Below are positions 1-9,227 of a stretch of 64,000 nt of DNA, in pieces. How positions within the stretch are numbered: the stretch's first letter is position 1; every line of letters starts with the position of its first letter. Under the pieces are notes generated by a model that was not told where the DNA came from, searched no databases, and saw only the letters and a program-made list of their open reading frames with translations. The stretch is taken from contig JBALDB010000002.1 in assembly GCA_036918135.1 (NCBI GenBank), forward strand, positions 96,001 through 160,000. Direction: 5' to 3'. Both the position numbers and the translations under genes were made by a program. The DNA comes from Nostoc sp. Its GTDB lineage: Bacteria > Cyanobacteriota > Cyanobacteriia > Cyanobacteriales > Nostocaceae.

Positions 1-132
1 TTCCGAAAAATTTTGAGTTTGAGTATTATCTGCACCTGGTTCAATTGCTCCTATCGCTAGTACAGGTGACCATCCGAAAAGTAAGCATAAAAAACTTACT
101 CCACTAACAGAAGCTAGGAAATTAACTTTCAC
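1..132 (-). CDS. 5' part of a secreted protein (runs off window)
   Basis: GTG start after a GAGGAG RBS; reads MKVNFLASVSGVSFLCLLFGWSPVLA-IGAIEPGADNTQTQKFFG, a Sec-type signal peptide; frame open to the window edge; not in the ORF track. Confidence 0.75.
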   Translation of the reverse strand, partial: MKVNFLASVSGVSFLCLLFGWSPVLAIGAIEPGADNTQTQNFSE

Positions 133-304
133 GATGTCTCCTCACAACTAAGCTAGATATATTTCAAAAAATTTGTTTGAAACATTAAATATTCTTTATT
201 TATTAAAATATATTTGTGTCATATCAAAGTATTTTTAAATTATTAAATATCCTAATAAGTTGTATACCGATTGATAATTTGGCTAAGAAATTATCGATTC
301 ATTG

Positions 305-418
305 TGTAATTTCAATAACTACAATTAATAAAAGTCTATAGTGAAGTTAATACAAAAAATTATTTGATTCTTTATGTAATCCGAATAACTACAATTAGTA
401 AAAATCTATAGTAAAGTT
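305..418. repeat. Imperfect ~44-bp direct repeat, 70-bp period
   Basis: tgtaatttcaataactacaattaataaaagtctatagtgaagtt (305-348) vs tgtaatccgaataactacaattagtaaaaatctatagtaaagtt (375-418). Confidence 0.8.
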
Positions 419-859
419 GCTATGCCTTTAGAAAATGTCCGTCACAAAGGGGCAAAAGACTACAGGGGAGTGGTTTTCGTTACTCTTGTGCATAGATTCG
501 GCAATTATAGCAGGAGGCAGAAGGCAGCCATGCTGGAGGTAAAACTATTACTGTTCCCAGCATTCATCTTTTCAAAATGTCCTAAAGGGTGTGACTACGG
601 CTATATAATTAATTAGCCAGACTGGCTATGAGGGCTAATTCTTAGTGCAATTTAGTCAAAGTATTACTCTAAGTTGTAATTAATTATTTTCTAATAGATA
701 ATTAGAATTTATGTTACATGTTAGCTTTTTCTTGAATTTAGCTTGGAAGCAGCAATTACCTATTTACATTGCAATCATATATTTGATGGTCAAGCGGATT
801 GCATAACTTTTGACTAGCTTCAAGTTTTAGAATATCCTTTTAATTAGATTAATTCGAGT

Positions 860-2176
860 TTAGGCAAAATCATAATGAGGTATTGTAATAATAAACTTCG
901 TTCCCTTACCAGAAGTTGATAAACAGTTGATTTGTCCATTGTGTTTATCAACAATAATTTGGTAGCTAATAGCTAATCCTAGTCCAGTTCCCTTACCTAC
1001 AGGCTTAGTTGTAAAAGATGGCTCAAAAATTCTAGCTTGTACTTCAGGAGGCATACCCAGAGCATTATCCTCAATGCAAATTGTCACAGTTTGTTGTAGA
1101 TGTTGAACTGATGTAGTAATTGTAATGGTATTAGAGAAAGCAGCAGTTATTTCTTGCTCTGAGCCGTTTTGATAAAGGTCGTCGAATGCATCAATAGCAT
1201 TAGCAATAATATTCATAAATACCTGGTTCATTTGTCCAGGATAACAATTGATTGGAGGTAAATTACCGTATTGGATGATAACCTCGATTTGAGGACGGTT
1301 TCCTTGGTCTTTGAGCCGATGTTTTAATAGCATCAAAGTGCTATCAATGCCTTCGTGAATTTGAAACTCTATCTTAGATGAAATATCAAAGCGAGCAAAG
1401 GTTCTCAAAGACAGGCTAATGTCCTTAAGACGACTAATTCCTTGACGCATTGATTGTATAAGTTTTGGTAGATCCTCAACCAAATACTCTAAGTCAATTT
1501 CTGCCAAGAGTTTTTCAATTTCTATGTCTGGGTGTAGTAGCTTTTGCTGTTGGAGATTTACTATCTGAAACAGCTCCTTAATATATTCTTCAATATAAAA
1601 GCAATTTCCACTAATAAAACCAATTGGGTTATTAATCTCATGACCTATACCTGCAACAAGTTCTCCAAGAGTGGACATTTTCTCGCTTTGGATTAGTTGT
1701 AGCTGGGTTTGTTGTAACTGTTGTAGAGATTGGGTTAATTCGGTGGTGCGTTCTTGCACTTTTTGTTCTAAGGTACGAGTGAGATGGGAGATTTTTAGGT
1801 GTAACTTTAATCGCGCAATTACTTCTTCCTGTTGGAAAGGTTTAGTGATATAGTCAACTGCACCAATTTCTAGTCCTTTAACTTTGTCTGTGGCATCGGA
1901 TAAGGCAGTCATAAAAATGACCGGAATATTTTGAGTGATGCCATTGGCTTTGAGTCTGCGGCAAGTTTCAAATCCATCAAGACCCGGCATCATCACATCG
2001 AGGAGAATAATATCAGGTTTAGCGTATTCTGTTTGTTCGATCGCCGATTCTCCATCTGTGGCCATCAGTGCTTTCCAACCACATCTCTGAATCGCTTCTG
2101 ATAGTACTTTCAGATTATTGGGATTGTCGTCTACCAAGAGGATACGCACTGGTTGGAAAAGAAGATCGTCTATCAT
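860..2176 (-). CDS. Hybrid response regulator/histidine kinase (REC-HisKA-HATPase)
   Basis: ILLVDD...LLDVMMP...KPF receiver; [10 protein letters not shown]-box; NAIDA, DNALGM and GTGLGL ATPase boxes. Confidence 0.95.
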   Translation of the reverse strand: MIDDLLFQPVRILLVDDNPNNLKVLSEAIQRCGWKALMATDGESAIEQTEYAKPDIILLDVMMPGLDGFETCRRLKANGITQNIPVIFMTALSDATDKVKGLEIGAVDYITKPFQQEEVIARLKLHLKISHLTRTLEQKVQERTTELTQSLQQLQQTQLQLIQSEKMSTLGELVAGIGHEINNPIGFISGNCFYIEEYIKELFQIVNLQQQKLLHPDIEIEKLLAEIDLEYLVEDLPKLIQSMRQGISRLKDISLSLRTFARFDISSKIEFQIHEGIDSTLMLLKHRLKDQGNRPQIEVIIQYGNLPPINCYPGQMNQVFMNIIANAIDAFDDLYQNGSEQEITAAFSNTITITTSVQHLQQTVTICIEDNALGMPPEVQARIFEPSFTTKPVGKGTGLGLAISYQIIVDKHNGQINCLSTSGKGTKFIITIPHYDFA

Positions 2177-4980
2177 TAGACTGACTCCATCGTGATAAAA
2201 GATTTGATAAACTTACGTATTTTTGCGGTTTGAAAATCGGCTGTAAGTTTAGTTAACTCGACTGCAAAAGTAGTTAGTTGGGGATTTAGTTCAATTAGCT
2301 CTTTTAACATTTCCTCTATTGCCGGTATATCTCCCATCATTGCCAAATGATAGAGTTGCTGCAAAATATCTTCAGATGGCAAAATCAATTCACTATCTTG
2401 CTCATTTCTAGCAGAAGACTGTTGAAGTGGAAATGGGGTATAAATCCAGTCAAAATTTAGTGGCGATCGCTTCTGTGCTACCTCGAAGGCAGAACGTAGT
2501 GCCTGAAATAGTTCATCAATTTGGAAGGGTTTAGGCATAAATGTTGTTGCCCCTGCTTCTAAACTCCGCAGACGATTGGACTCGAAGACGTTGGCACTAG
2601 AAACAACAATCGGAATACCAAGAGTTTGAGGATTGTTTTGGAGATGAACCATAAACTCAAAGCCATCCATATTAGGCATAGCTAAATCTAGTAGAATCAC
2701 ATCCGGGTTATTTTCAGTTGCTAGTTGTAACCCATGTTTGCCGTCTGCTGCTGACAAAGTTCGACAACCAATTTCTTGCAGCAAACTTGTTAACATCGAA
2801 CGGTGGCGATCGTCATCATCAACAATCAGAATTTGAGGTCCGTTACCTCGAATACCGATGATTTTTTGGTGACTGCTAGCAGTTTTTTCCTCATTCCATT
2901 CGTGGGAAAGTGGTACTGTCAAATCTAGCCAAAATAGACTGCCTTCGCCTAAATGACTCTGTACCTGAATTTGGCTATTCATCAATGCTGCAATTTTTTG
3001 ACTGATGGCCAATCCTAAACCAGTACCCTCAGAACATCGTTCTGCCTCACCTACTTGCTCGAAGGGCAAAAAGATTTTTTCTATTTGCTTTGATGACATC
3101 CCAATACCCGTATCTTCAATCTGGAAGCGAATTTTAGTAATTGGGGATTGGTCATTCTCCTTGTCTTTGTTGTCCTCTGTCTCCACTACCTCTACTTTGA
3201 AGGTTACGTCACCCCTGTCTGTGAACTTGATTGCATTACCTAACAAATTAATTAATACTTGCCGTAGTCGCTTTTCATCCGTTTCAATAGCAATTGGTAA
3301 GCGATCGCTGATTAAAATATTAAAATTAATTCCTTTGTCCTGAGCTCGGATACCACAAATTTCAGTTATACCATTTAGAAAACTAGGCAAATGCACGCTA
3401 GTGGTAACTAACTCTAATTTACGAGCTTCAATTTTTGAGAGGTCGAGAATGTCATTAATTAGCGTTAATAGGTGCGATCCGCATTGGTAAATAATTTTAA
3501 CTCCTTCGAGATTTTTTTCTGTGATGTTTGGCGATCGCTCCAGCACTTGAGCAAAGCCAAGAATACCATTGAGTGGTGTCCGTAGCTCGTGGCTCATATT
3601 CGCCAGAAACTCGCTCTTAGCCTGATTAGCAGCATCAGCAGCTTGCTTGGCTTCTAGTAATTCATGAGTTCGTTGTTCGACTTTGACTTCCAAGGTTTTG
3701 GAATAATCTAAGAGTTGAGCGTTAGCAATTTCTAATTGCTGGTTCGTTTCTTCTAACTTTTGCTGTTTATAGGCATTTATTGTCGCAATCACGCTGCTGA
3801 TGAACGCAGCCAAGGAGGGCGTGATTGGAATTAGAACACCATACAAAAATATCCCGTAGCTACCTGCCATCAATGCCCCACAGATACCTGTAGTTGCCCA
3901 AAGAATTTTCCCACCTGGAATCTGTTGCTTGGTACGCGCACTGACTAACCACCAACTACCACCAGAACCAATAACAGACCATAAAATAATCCACAGCAAC
4001 ATAGCCATGCCAGAAACACCATGTATGTTTGCTGTCCCCGTTTTTGCCCCTTGCACCAGTTGATGGGCAATATTGGCATGAATAACTACACCAGGTGTAG
4101 GTTTTTGAGCAGAAATTAAGGAAGAACTGAAGGGCGTGCTAAAGAAGTCGTTAGTACTAGCAGCAGTCGATCCAATGAATACCATGCGATCGCGCATCAG
4201 GTCTGCCGGAATTTTTCCTGCTAACACATCCCGCATTGCAACTGTACGAAATGCTGCTTCCGTTCCATACCAGTTGAGCAGAATTTGATACCCTCCTATA
4301 TCGGCATCACTATAGCCTGCTTCTTGGTTTTTGAGTGGCTGGTAAATTGCTTTGCCTAATTGAAACTTCTGCTGCTGCTCATCAATACTTTCTAAGGTAA
4401 TTTTTTCGGCTTCTAGGTACTTAAGAGCTACAAATGTTGCTAATCCTGGTTTAATTTTTCCCTCTTCTTTGGCATCGACTGCTGTCAAGAGGGCACGACG
4501 TACAAAGCGATCGCCATCTAACACCAAATCTGCTAATCCGACTCGATCGAGTTTCTTCAATTCCGGTGGCGGATTGACACGCTCGCCGGTGATTTTCTCA
4601 ACGCCGATCAAATTGGGAGTGCTGCGAAAAATTTTTGCAAGTTCCTCATGTCCGCTTCCTTCTGGTAAATCTCGATATAGATCCAAGCCGATAGCTCTCG
4701 GCTGCTGCGCCCGAATCTTTTCTAGCAATTTTGCTAATGCCCAATCTGGAACTGGCCATTTACGCACCGATTGGATATCTTGTTCATCGATTGTGACAAT
4801 CACAATTTCATCAGCGATTGTCTTGTGCGATCGCTGACGAACCCATTCATCACGAATTTTCCATTCAACTAAATTGAAAAATCCCAATGATTGCCCAACA
4901 ATGACAGTCAACGCAACACTGGAAGTAATAATCAAAACGCTACGAGTGCGTTGGATAAGGGTCTGTAATCTGCACCACAT
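2176..4980 (-). CDS. CHASE2-domain hybrid sensor histidine kinase (CHASE2-3TM-HisKA-HATPase-REC)
   Basis: [20 protein letters not shown] and PGVVIHA CHASE2 motifs; [15 protein letters not shown]-terminal receiver; ATG at 4980 preferred over the 5037 extension, which lies in a repeat. Confidence 0.93.
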   Translation of the reverse strand: MWCRLQTLIQRTRSVLIITSSVALTVIVGQSLGFFNLVEWKIRDEWVRQRSHKTIADEIVIVTIDEQDIQSVRKWPVPDWALAKLLEKIRAQQPRAIGLDLYRDLPEGSGHEELAKIFRSTPNLIGVEKITGERVNPPPELKKLDRVGLADLVLDGDRFVRRALLTAVDAKEEGKIKPGLATFVALKYLEAEKITLESIDEQQQKFQLGKAIYQPLKNQEAGYSDADIGGYQILLNWYGTEAAFRTVAMRDVLAGKIPADLMRDRMVFIGSTAASTNDFFSTPFSSSLISAQKPTPGVVIHANIAHQLVQGAKTGTANIHGVSGMAMLLWIILWSVIGSGGSWWLVSARTKQQIPGGKILWATTGICGALMAGSYGIFLYGVLIPITPSLAAFISSVIATINAYKQQKLEETNQQLEIANAQLLDYSKTLEVKVEQRTHELLEAKQAADAANQAKSEFLANMSHELRTPLNGILGFAQVLERSPNITEKNLEGVKIIYQCGSHLLTLINDILDLSKIEARKLELVTTSVHLPSFLNGITEICGIRAQDKGINFNILISDRLPIAIETDEKRLRQVLINLLGNAIKFTDRGDVTFKVEVVETEDNKDKENDQSPITKIRFQIEDTGIGMSSKQIEKIFLPFEQVGEAERCSEGTGLGLAISQKIAALMNSQIQVQSHLGEGSLFWLDLTVPLSHEWNEEKTASSHQKIIGIRGNGPQILIVDDDDRHRSMLTSLLQEIGCRTLSAADGKHGLQLATENNPDVILLDLAMPNMDGFEFMVHLQNNPQTLGIPIVVSSANVFESNRLRSLEAGATTFMPKPFQIDELFQALRSAFEVAQKRSPLNFDWIYTPFPLQQSSARNEQDSELILPSEDILQQLYHLAMMGDIPAIEEMLKELIELNPQLTTFAVELTKLTADFQTAKIRKFIKSFITMESV

Positions 4981-5144
4981 ATTTACGCTAAATGGGGATT
5001 GGGGACACTTCTGTGCGAGACGCTTCGCGAACGGCAAGCTCCCTTCGACAAGCTCAGGGCGGCGCAGTGCATCGCTGGGGAAGGGGGACTAGAAATTTTG
5101 GATTTCAATCTAAAATTGTTTCCAATGCTTCATCCCCCATGTCC

Positions 5145-5396
5145 GAATGGCACGCTCATTAAGCGCAAACCCTTGATATAACTGGATGAATGGGTGTGGG
5201 TTGTGGGCTGAGTGGGTGTGGAGAATTAAGAAGATATTGAACTTTGCCACGCAACTAAAATTTAATGGTTGCTGAGCGCAACCGAAGCATTGTCTTAAAC
5301 ACTACACCCAACACCGTTCGGCTGACGCTCACAGGCGTTGCCCTACCCCCAACAAAGAGCCAAAAGCGAGGTCTGACATGAGTCTTAGTGCCATTC
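5145..5396. mobile_element. MITE-like element with GAATGGCAC terminal inverted repeats
   Basis: gaatggcac at 5145-5153 and gtgccattc at 5388-5396 enclose a non-coding, partly self-complementary interior. Confidence 0.55.
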
Positions 5397-5415
5397 CTGC
5401 ATGCCCAAATTGCTA

Positions 5416-6417
5416 TTAATTGGCAGATAATACTAACTTGGCTGTGACAATCTCTTTCAAGCTAACTGAAGATAGGAGTTCTTCCCATTGATTGCTAAGA
5501 GTCGCATTGGTAGGTTGGGCGCTGCGTAGCGCTGCAAGTGTTTCCACGCAGTCATACCATACGCCATTTTTACCAAAAGCCGCTGCCCGCTTCAAAGCAT
5601 CTTTCTGCTGCATCGCTGTTGTTAGTTCAGCAGTAGGCTGGATGCGCTGAATCCAACCATCGACATAAGGTGTACTTGGGCTAAGTTGTCCGTCAACTTT
5701 GACAGCTAGGAACCAATGATAATTTTTCCCGACTGCTAAAGCGGGTGCATCGGTTGGTAATTTGACAGCAATCACCCCAGCTTTGCCCGCAATTGGAAGC
5801 GTCATTTGATGCTGAGTATTGCCAGCTTCATCCTTGAGGCTGAATACGGCTTCTTGTGCATTAGAAGCAGGAAGATATACCAGAATTGTGGGACGTTCAG
5901 ATACCGTTGTGCCATAGAAGCTTTGGGGTAAAAGTGCGATTAGGGCTGCTGGGCCTGCTGTTCCGATTGAAGGATTTAAATAGTAAGTACCAATGCGAGA
6001 AGCTCCCCCACTTGCCTGTTGAGGAGCCTCTTTCCCTGAAGCAGGTGTAAATAGGTCACCTCTGGACGCGCCTCCTGTTGCTTGTTGGGGTGTACCCTTG
6101 TTCCCAGCGTTAGGTGTAAAGAGATTGCCTCTAGAAGCTCCTCCCGTTGCTTGTCTGGGAGCGCCTTTTCCAGCGTTAGGTGTAAAGAGATTGCCTCTAG
6201 AAGCTCCTCCTGTTGCTTGTCTGGGAGCGCCTTTTCCAGCACTAGGTGTAAATAGACTGCCGCGAGAAGCTCCCCCGGTCGCTTGGTTGGGAGCGCCATT
6301 ATTGATTGGTGGCGTAAATGTCACAGCGTGGGCACTGTTCCATGTACTGCTAGTAAGCAGAGCAATGATGCTCAATGTACTAACTAAATATCGAGGTTTC
6401 ACAATTTTATACCTCAA
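5416..6417 (-). CDS. DUF928 domain secreted protein with N-terminal tandem repeats
   Basis: Signal peptide; five FTP..G.P.Q..GGASR(G) units; LIALLP...TVSERPTILVYLP, YHW and GVWYD motifs typical of DUF928. Confidence 0.9.
   Translation of the reverse strand: MRYKIVKPRYLVSTLSIIALLTSSTWNSAHAVTFTPPINNGAPNQATGGASRGSLFTPSAGKGAPRQATGGASRGNLFTPNAGKGAPRQATGGASRGNLFTPNAGNKGTPQQATGGASRGDLFTPASGKEAPQQASGGASRIGTYYLNPSIGTAGPAALIALLPQSFYGTTVSERPTILVYLPASNAQEAVFSLKDEAGNTQHQMTLPIAGKAGVIAVKLPTDAPALAVGKNYHWFLAVKVDGQLSPSTPYVDGWIQRIQPTAELTTAMQQKDALKRAAAFGKNGVWYDCVETLAALRSAQPTNATLSNQWEELLSSVSLKEIVTAKLVLSAN
5995..6318 (-). repeat. Five coding tandem repeats of ~66 bp
   Basis: Units such as NLFTPNAGKGAPRQATGGASRG; near-identical DNA in units 2-4. 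Confidence 0.95.
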
Positions 6418-6588
6418 ATAAAAGTAATAATTAATACAAATGTTATAGTTTTGGAAAGAAGCTTGTAAAATCGCTTCAGCTTAGATAATAAGGCTTAAAT
6501 GCCTACTAACAATATAAACTAACCTTGACTGGTATACCGTAAAAATATATGCAAGTTATTGATAAATACTTCAAGTGTAATTACGCAA

Positions 6589-9150
6589 TTATAGCCAGTT
6601 GCCAACCAAAACGAAGGCAGACCAAAAGAAAGGATCGTGGAAATCAGTTTGGCGGATCAGATTAATTTGGGCTTGCCGCAGTGCTTCGGCTTTAGCGATT
6701 TTGGGCTGTCGCAATTGCTCATAGAAGCGCGTCATCAGCATCTCGGCTGCTTTATCTTTGACAGGCCAGAGGGTAGCGATAGTTGAGCGAGCGCCGGATT
6801 TGACAGCCAAGCCTGCTAGTCCCAGAACGGCGCGGTCGTCTCCTGCTGCGGTATCACAAGCACTCAATACTAGTAACTCGATCGCTTTTGATGAATTACC
6901 ACTACGATTTTTGAGGAGTTCGGACAATTCCTTGACATTAACTTGTCCATCCCAGGTAAGTAAGAAAGTATCTTCGAGACGGGAGCTAAACTGTCCGTGG
7001 GTTGCTAAGTGGACAACATCAGCCCTAGTAAATTTCACTCGCTCGGCAAGGGCTTGACTAGTAAATTGCTGGTTGAGCAACATTGAAGATGGTACCGCCT
7101 TCGAGATTTGCTTGACTTCTGATTCCACAGCAGGCAAAGCACTAAAGCCATTACGAGATAGGCTGATACCACCGACGATCGCATCAATACGATTTTTCAG
7201 GAGCGATTGCGTATTTATCAATTGCATTCCCGGTGAGAGGGCAATAGCATACTTCTCAATCAGATATTGCTTACCGTCATACAGGGCTGCTATCGGAATA
7301 TTACGTAATTTTCCATCTAAAACAAATACCAGTGTTTTACTGTCTTTGAAGGCTCGATCCATTTCCCCAGGGCGAATCAGCCAATCATAAATTTCTTCAG
7401 ACAAGCGATCGCGCTCTTTGGCATTTGAAACAGGATTGAAGTTAACTAATAATTTTTCTAGAGTTTGTTCGATTTGATTTTGAGATTTTTGAGTCGCGTA
7501 GTAACGCAACGGTTGTCCGGTGGTGGAGAAAATTACTGCTAGGCGATCTGGCAAGATAATCGGGTAAACAACAGTTGCATTAGGGTCAACTTGGTCAATC
7601 TGCTGCGCTCTATCTAAACACGCTTCCCGAAAAAAGTTATCGAGTTCTGCAACTTGCAGGGCCTCAATCAAATCACGAGCTTGCATCAGGTCTGTTTGAC
7701 TTGGTTGCCGGTCTAGGAGTAGATCTACAAGTTCGCGGTAAACAGGTTCCACACTTTCACGAAAGGAGAACTGAACATCGGGGTTGACAGCAACCAAATC
7801 CCCTCGTAGTGACTTTAAGGCTTTGACAGCTTCAGTATAGGCAGTAATTGCTTGTGGGCGATCGCTTTGTTGTTTATACAACTGTCCCACCTGCCAAGCA
7901 GATTGAGCAATGATATCCTCAGCTTGGAGTTGACGCGCAATATTGAGGGATTTCTGAGTTAACTCTTGTGCTTGTGATAACTGCTGTGTACGACGATAGA
8001 GTTTTCCCCATTGATGCAATGCGTAAGCTTCGGCTTGAGCATCTTGGATTTGCTGTGCAGACTTGACTGTGACTGCCATCAGTTGTGCCAAGTCTTTTAG
8101 CGGTACGATTTGGTCAGGATTTGATTGCCGATTTAGGGTGGCAACAAAATTGATCGCTGCGTAGAGAGAAGTGTGACTAGGGGGGAGTTCTCTAAGTTGT
8201 TGTAATAGTTGCGGTGCGATTGGGGTAGCCAACTCAGGCTTGTCGTAATCGAGGAAAAGTTTGAAACGCCCTAAATACGCTTGTAAGCGATCGCCTGGAT
8301 TTGTCGCTACCTGTTGAGCCTGTTCAAAATAATTCAATGCTGTTTCTGGATCTTGCAAGTCAATAGCGGTTTTTCCTAAGTTCAGTAGGATAGAACTTAA
8401 TTGAGGTGTAGTTTCAAGTTTGTCGGCGATCGCTAAACTTTGCTCTAACACCTGTTGACTCTTGCCAGGATCGCTAATCATTTGCAAAGCTAAACCAAGC
8501 GATCGCAACCCACTAACTTTAATTTCCGAATCTGGCATTGCTGCTAACTTTTGAGTCAGCGTCTCCAACTGCTGTTTCGAGCGACGGTAAAATCCTAAAC
8601 TTTGTAAAGCTTGTGCTTGGTTGATTTGACTACCCAAGCTGCCCATTTTATCGCCTGCTTGTTCATAATATTTTTCAGCTTGTTGCCAACTTTCCAGGGC
8701 GATTTCAGCTTTGCCAGTATGCAGTTGTAAATTACCTTGTGTATTCAATATTTGTGCCCAGAGAATTGCATCCGCAGAAGGCGTGATAGTTTGCAAAAGT
8801 TTCACGCTTTGCTTAATAGATTGACTAGCTGCTTCCCATTGATTGAGTTCTTGTTGTGCTAGTGAAAGGTAACTTAAGCTGAGGGCTTCGTTCAGGCGAT
8901 CGCCTTGGGTATGGTACTGTTGTGCTGCCGTTTGCCAAATCGTCACTGCTTCTGCAAAGCGTCCTGAACGGTAAAGATTCCGTCCCTGTTCTAGCCAGTT
9001 ATTAGGTTGAGTGGATACTGACACATTCAGCGTAGAAGTTGTCGGTACTTGCATAGATGCTTTAGCAGGTGTTATTGTCACTACCAAACACAAGCTGAAA
9101 ATACTCAGACTGATATATAGCCAACGACGTTTTTTAATTTGGAAAGTCAC
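6589..9150 (-). CDS. Exported TPR-CHAT (caspase HetF associated with TPRs) protease
   Basis: Signal peptide, TPR region, catalytic HLATHG and LSACDT motifs, C-terminal HDPFFWSAFVLVGNWL. Confidence 0.93.
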   Translation of the reverse strand: MTFQIKKRRWLYISLSIFSLCLVVTITPAKASMQVPTTSTLNVSVSTQPNNWLEQGRNLYRSGRFAEAVTIWQTAAQQYHTQGDRLNEALSLSYLSLAQQELNQWEAASQSIKQSVKLLQTITPSADAILWAQILNTQGNLQLHTGKAEIALESWQQAEKYYEQAGDKMGSLGSQINQAQALQSLGFYRRSKQQLETLTQKLAAMPDSEIKVSGLRSLGLALQMISDPGKSQQVLEQSLAIADKLETTPQLSSILLNLGKTAIDLQDPETALNYFEQAQQVATNPGDRLQAYLGRFKLFLDYDKPELATPIAPQLLQQLRELPPSHTSLYAAINFVATLNRQSNPDQIVPLKDLAQLMAVTVKSAQQIQDAQAEAYALHQWGKLYRRTQQLSQAQELTQKSLNIARQLQAEDIIAQSAWQVGQLYKQQSDRPQAITAYTEAVKALKSLRGDLVAVNPDVQFSFRESVEPVYRELVDLLLDRQPSQTDLMQARDLIEALQVAELDNFFREACLDRAQQIDQVDPNATVVYPIILPDRLAVIFSTTGQPLRYYATQKSQNQIEQTLEKLLVNFNPVSNAKERDRLSEEIYDWLIRPGEMDRAFKDSKTLVFVLDGKLRNIPIAALYDGKQYLIEKYAIALSPGMQLINTQSLLKNRIDAIVGGISLSRNGFSALPAVESEVKQISKAVPSSMLLNQQFTSQALAERVKFTRADVVHLATHGQFSSRLEDTFLLTWDGQVNVKELSELLKNRSGNSSKAIELLVLSACDTAAGDDRAVLGLAGLAVKSGARSTIATLWPVKDKAAEMLMTRFYEQLRQPKIAKAEALRQAQINLIRQTDFHDPFFWSAFVLVGNWL

Positions 9151-9227
9151 AGGTAGTTACTGATGGTTTAAGAGTTTGTTTAGTCAAGTAATTGCAATGC
9201 CTTTTATGTTTAAATTCTTGGAACAAA

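Noticed and set aside
422..616. 64-aa ORF
   Set aside because: Overlaps repeat-derived intergenic sequence (aggcagaaggcag, tgactacggctata); no protein motif
5976..6421. Two 107-aa repetitive ORFs, or a possible CRISPR-like array
   Set aside because: Alternative frames of the DUF928 coding repeat; there are no unique spacers, so this is not CRISPR
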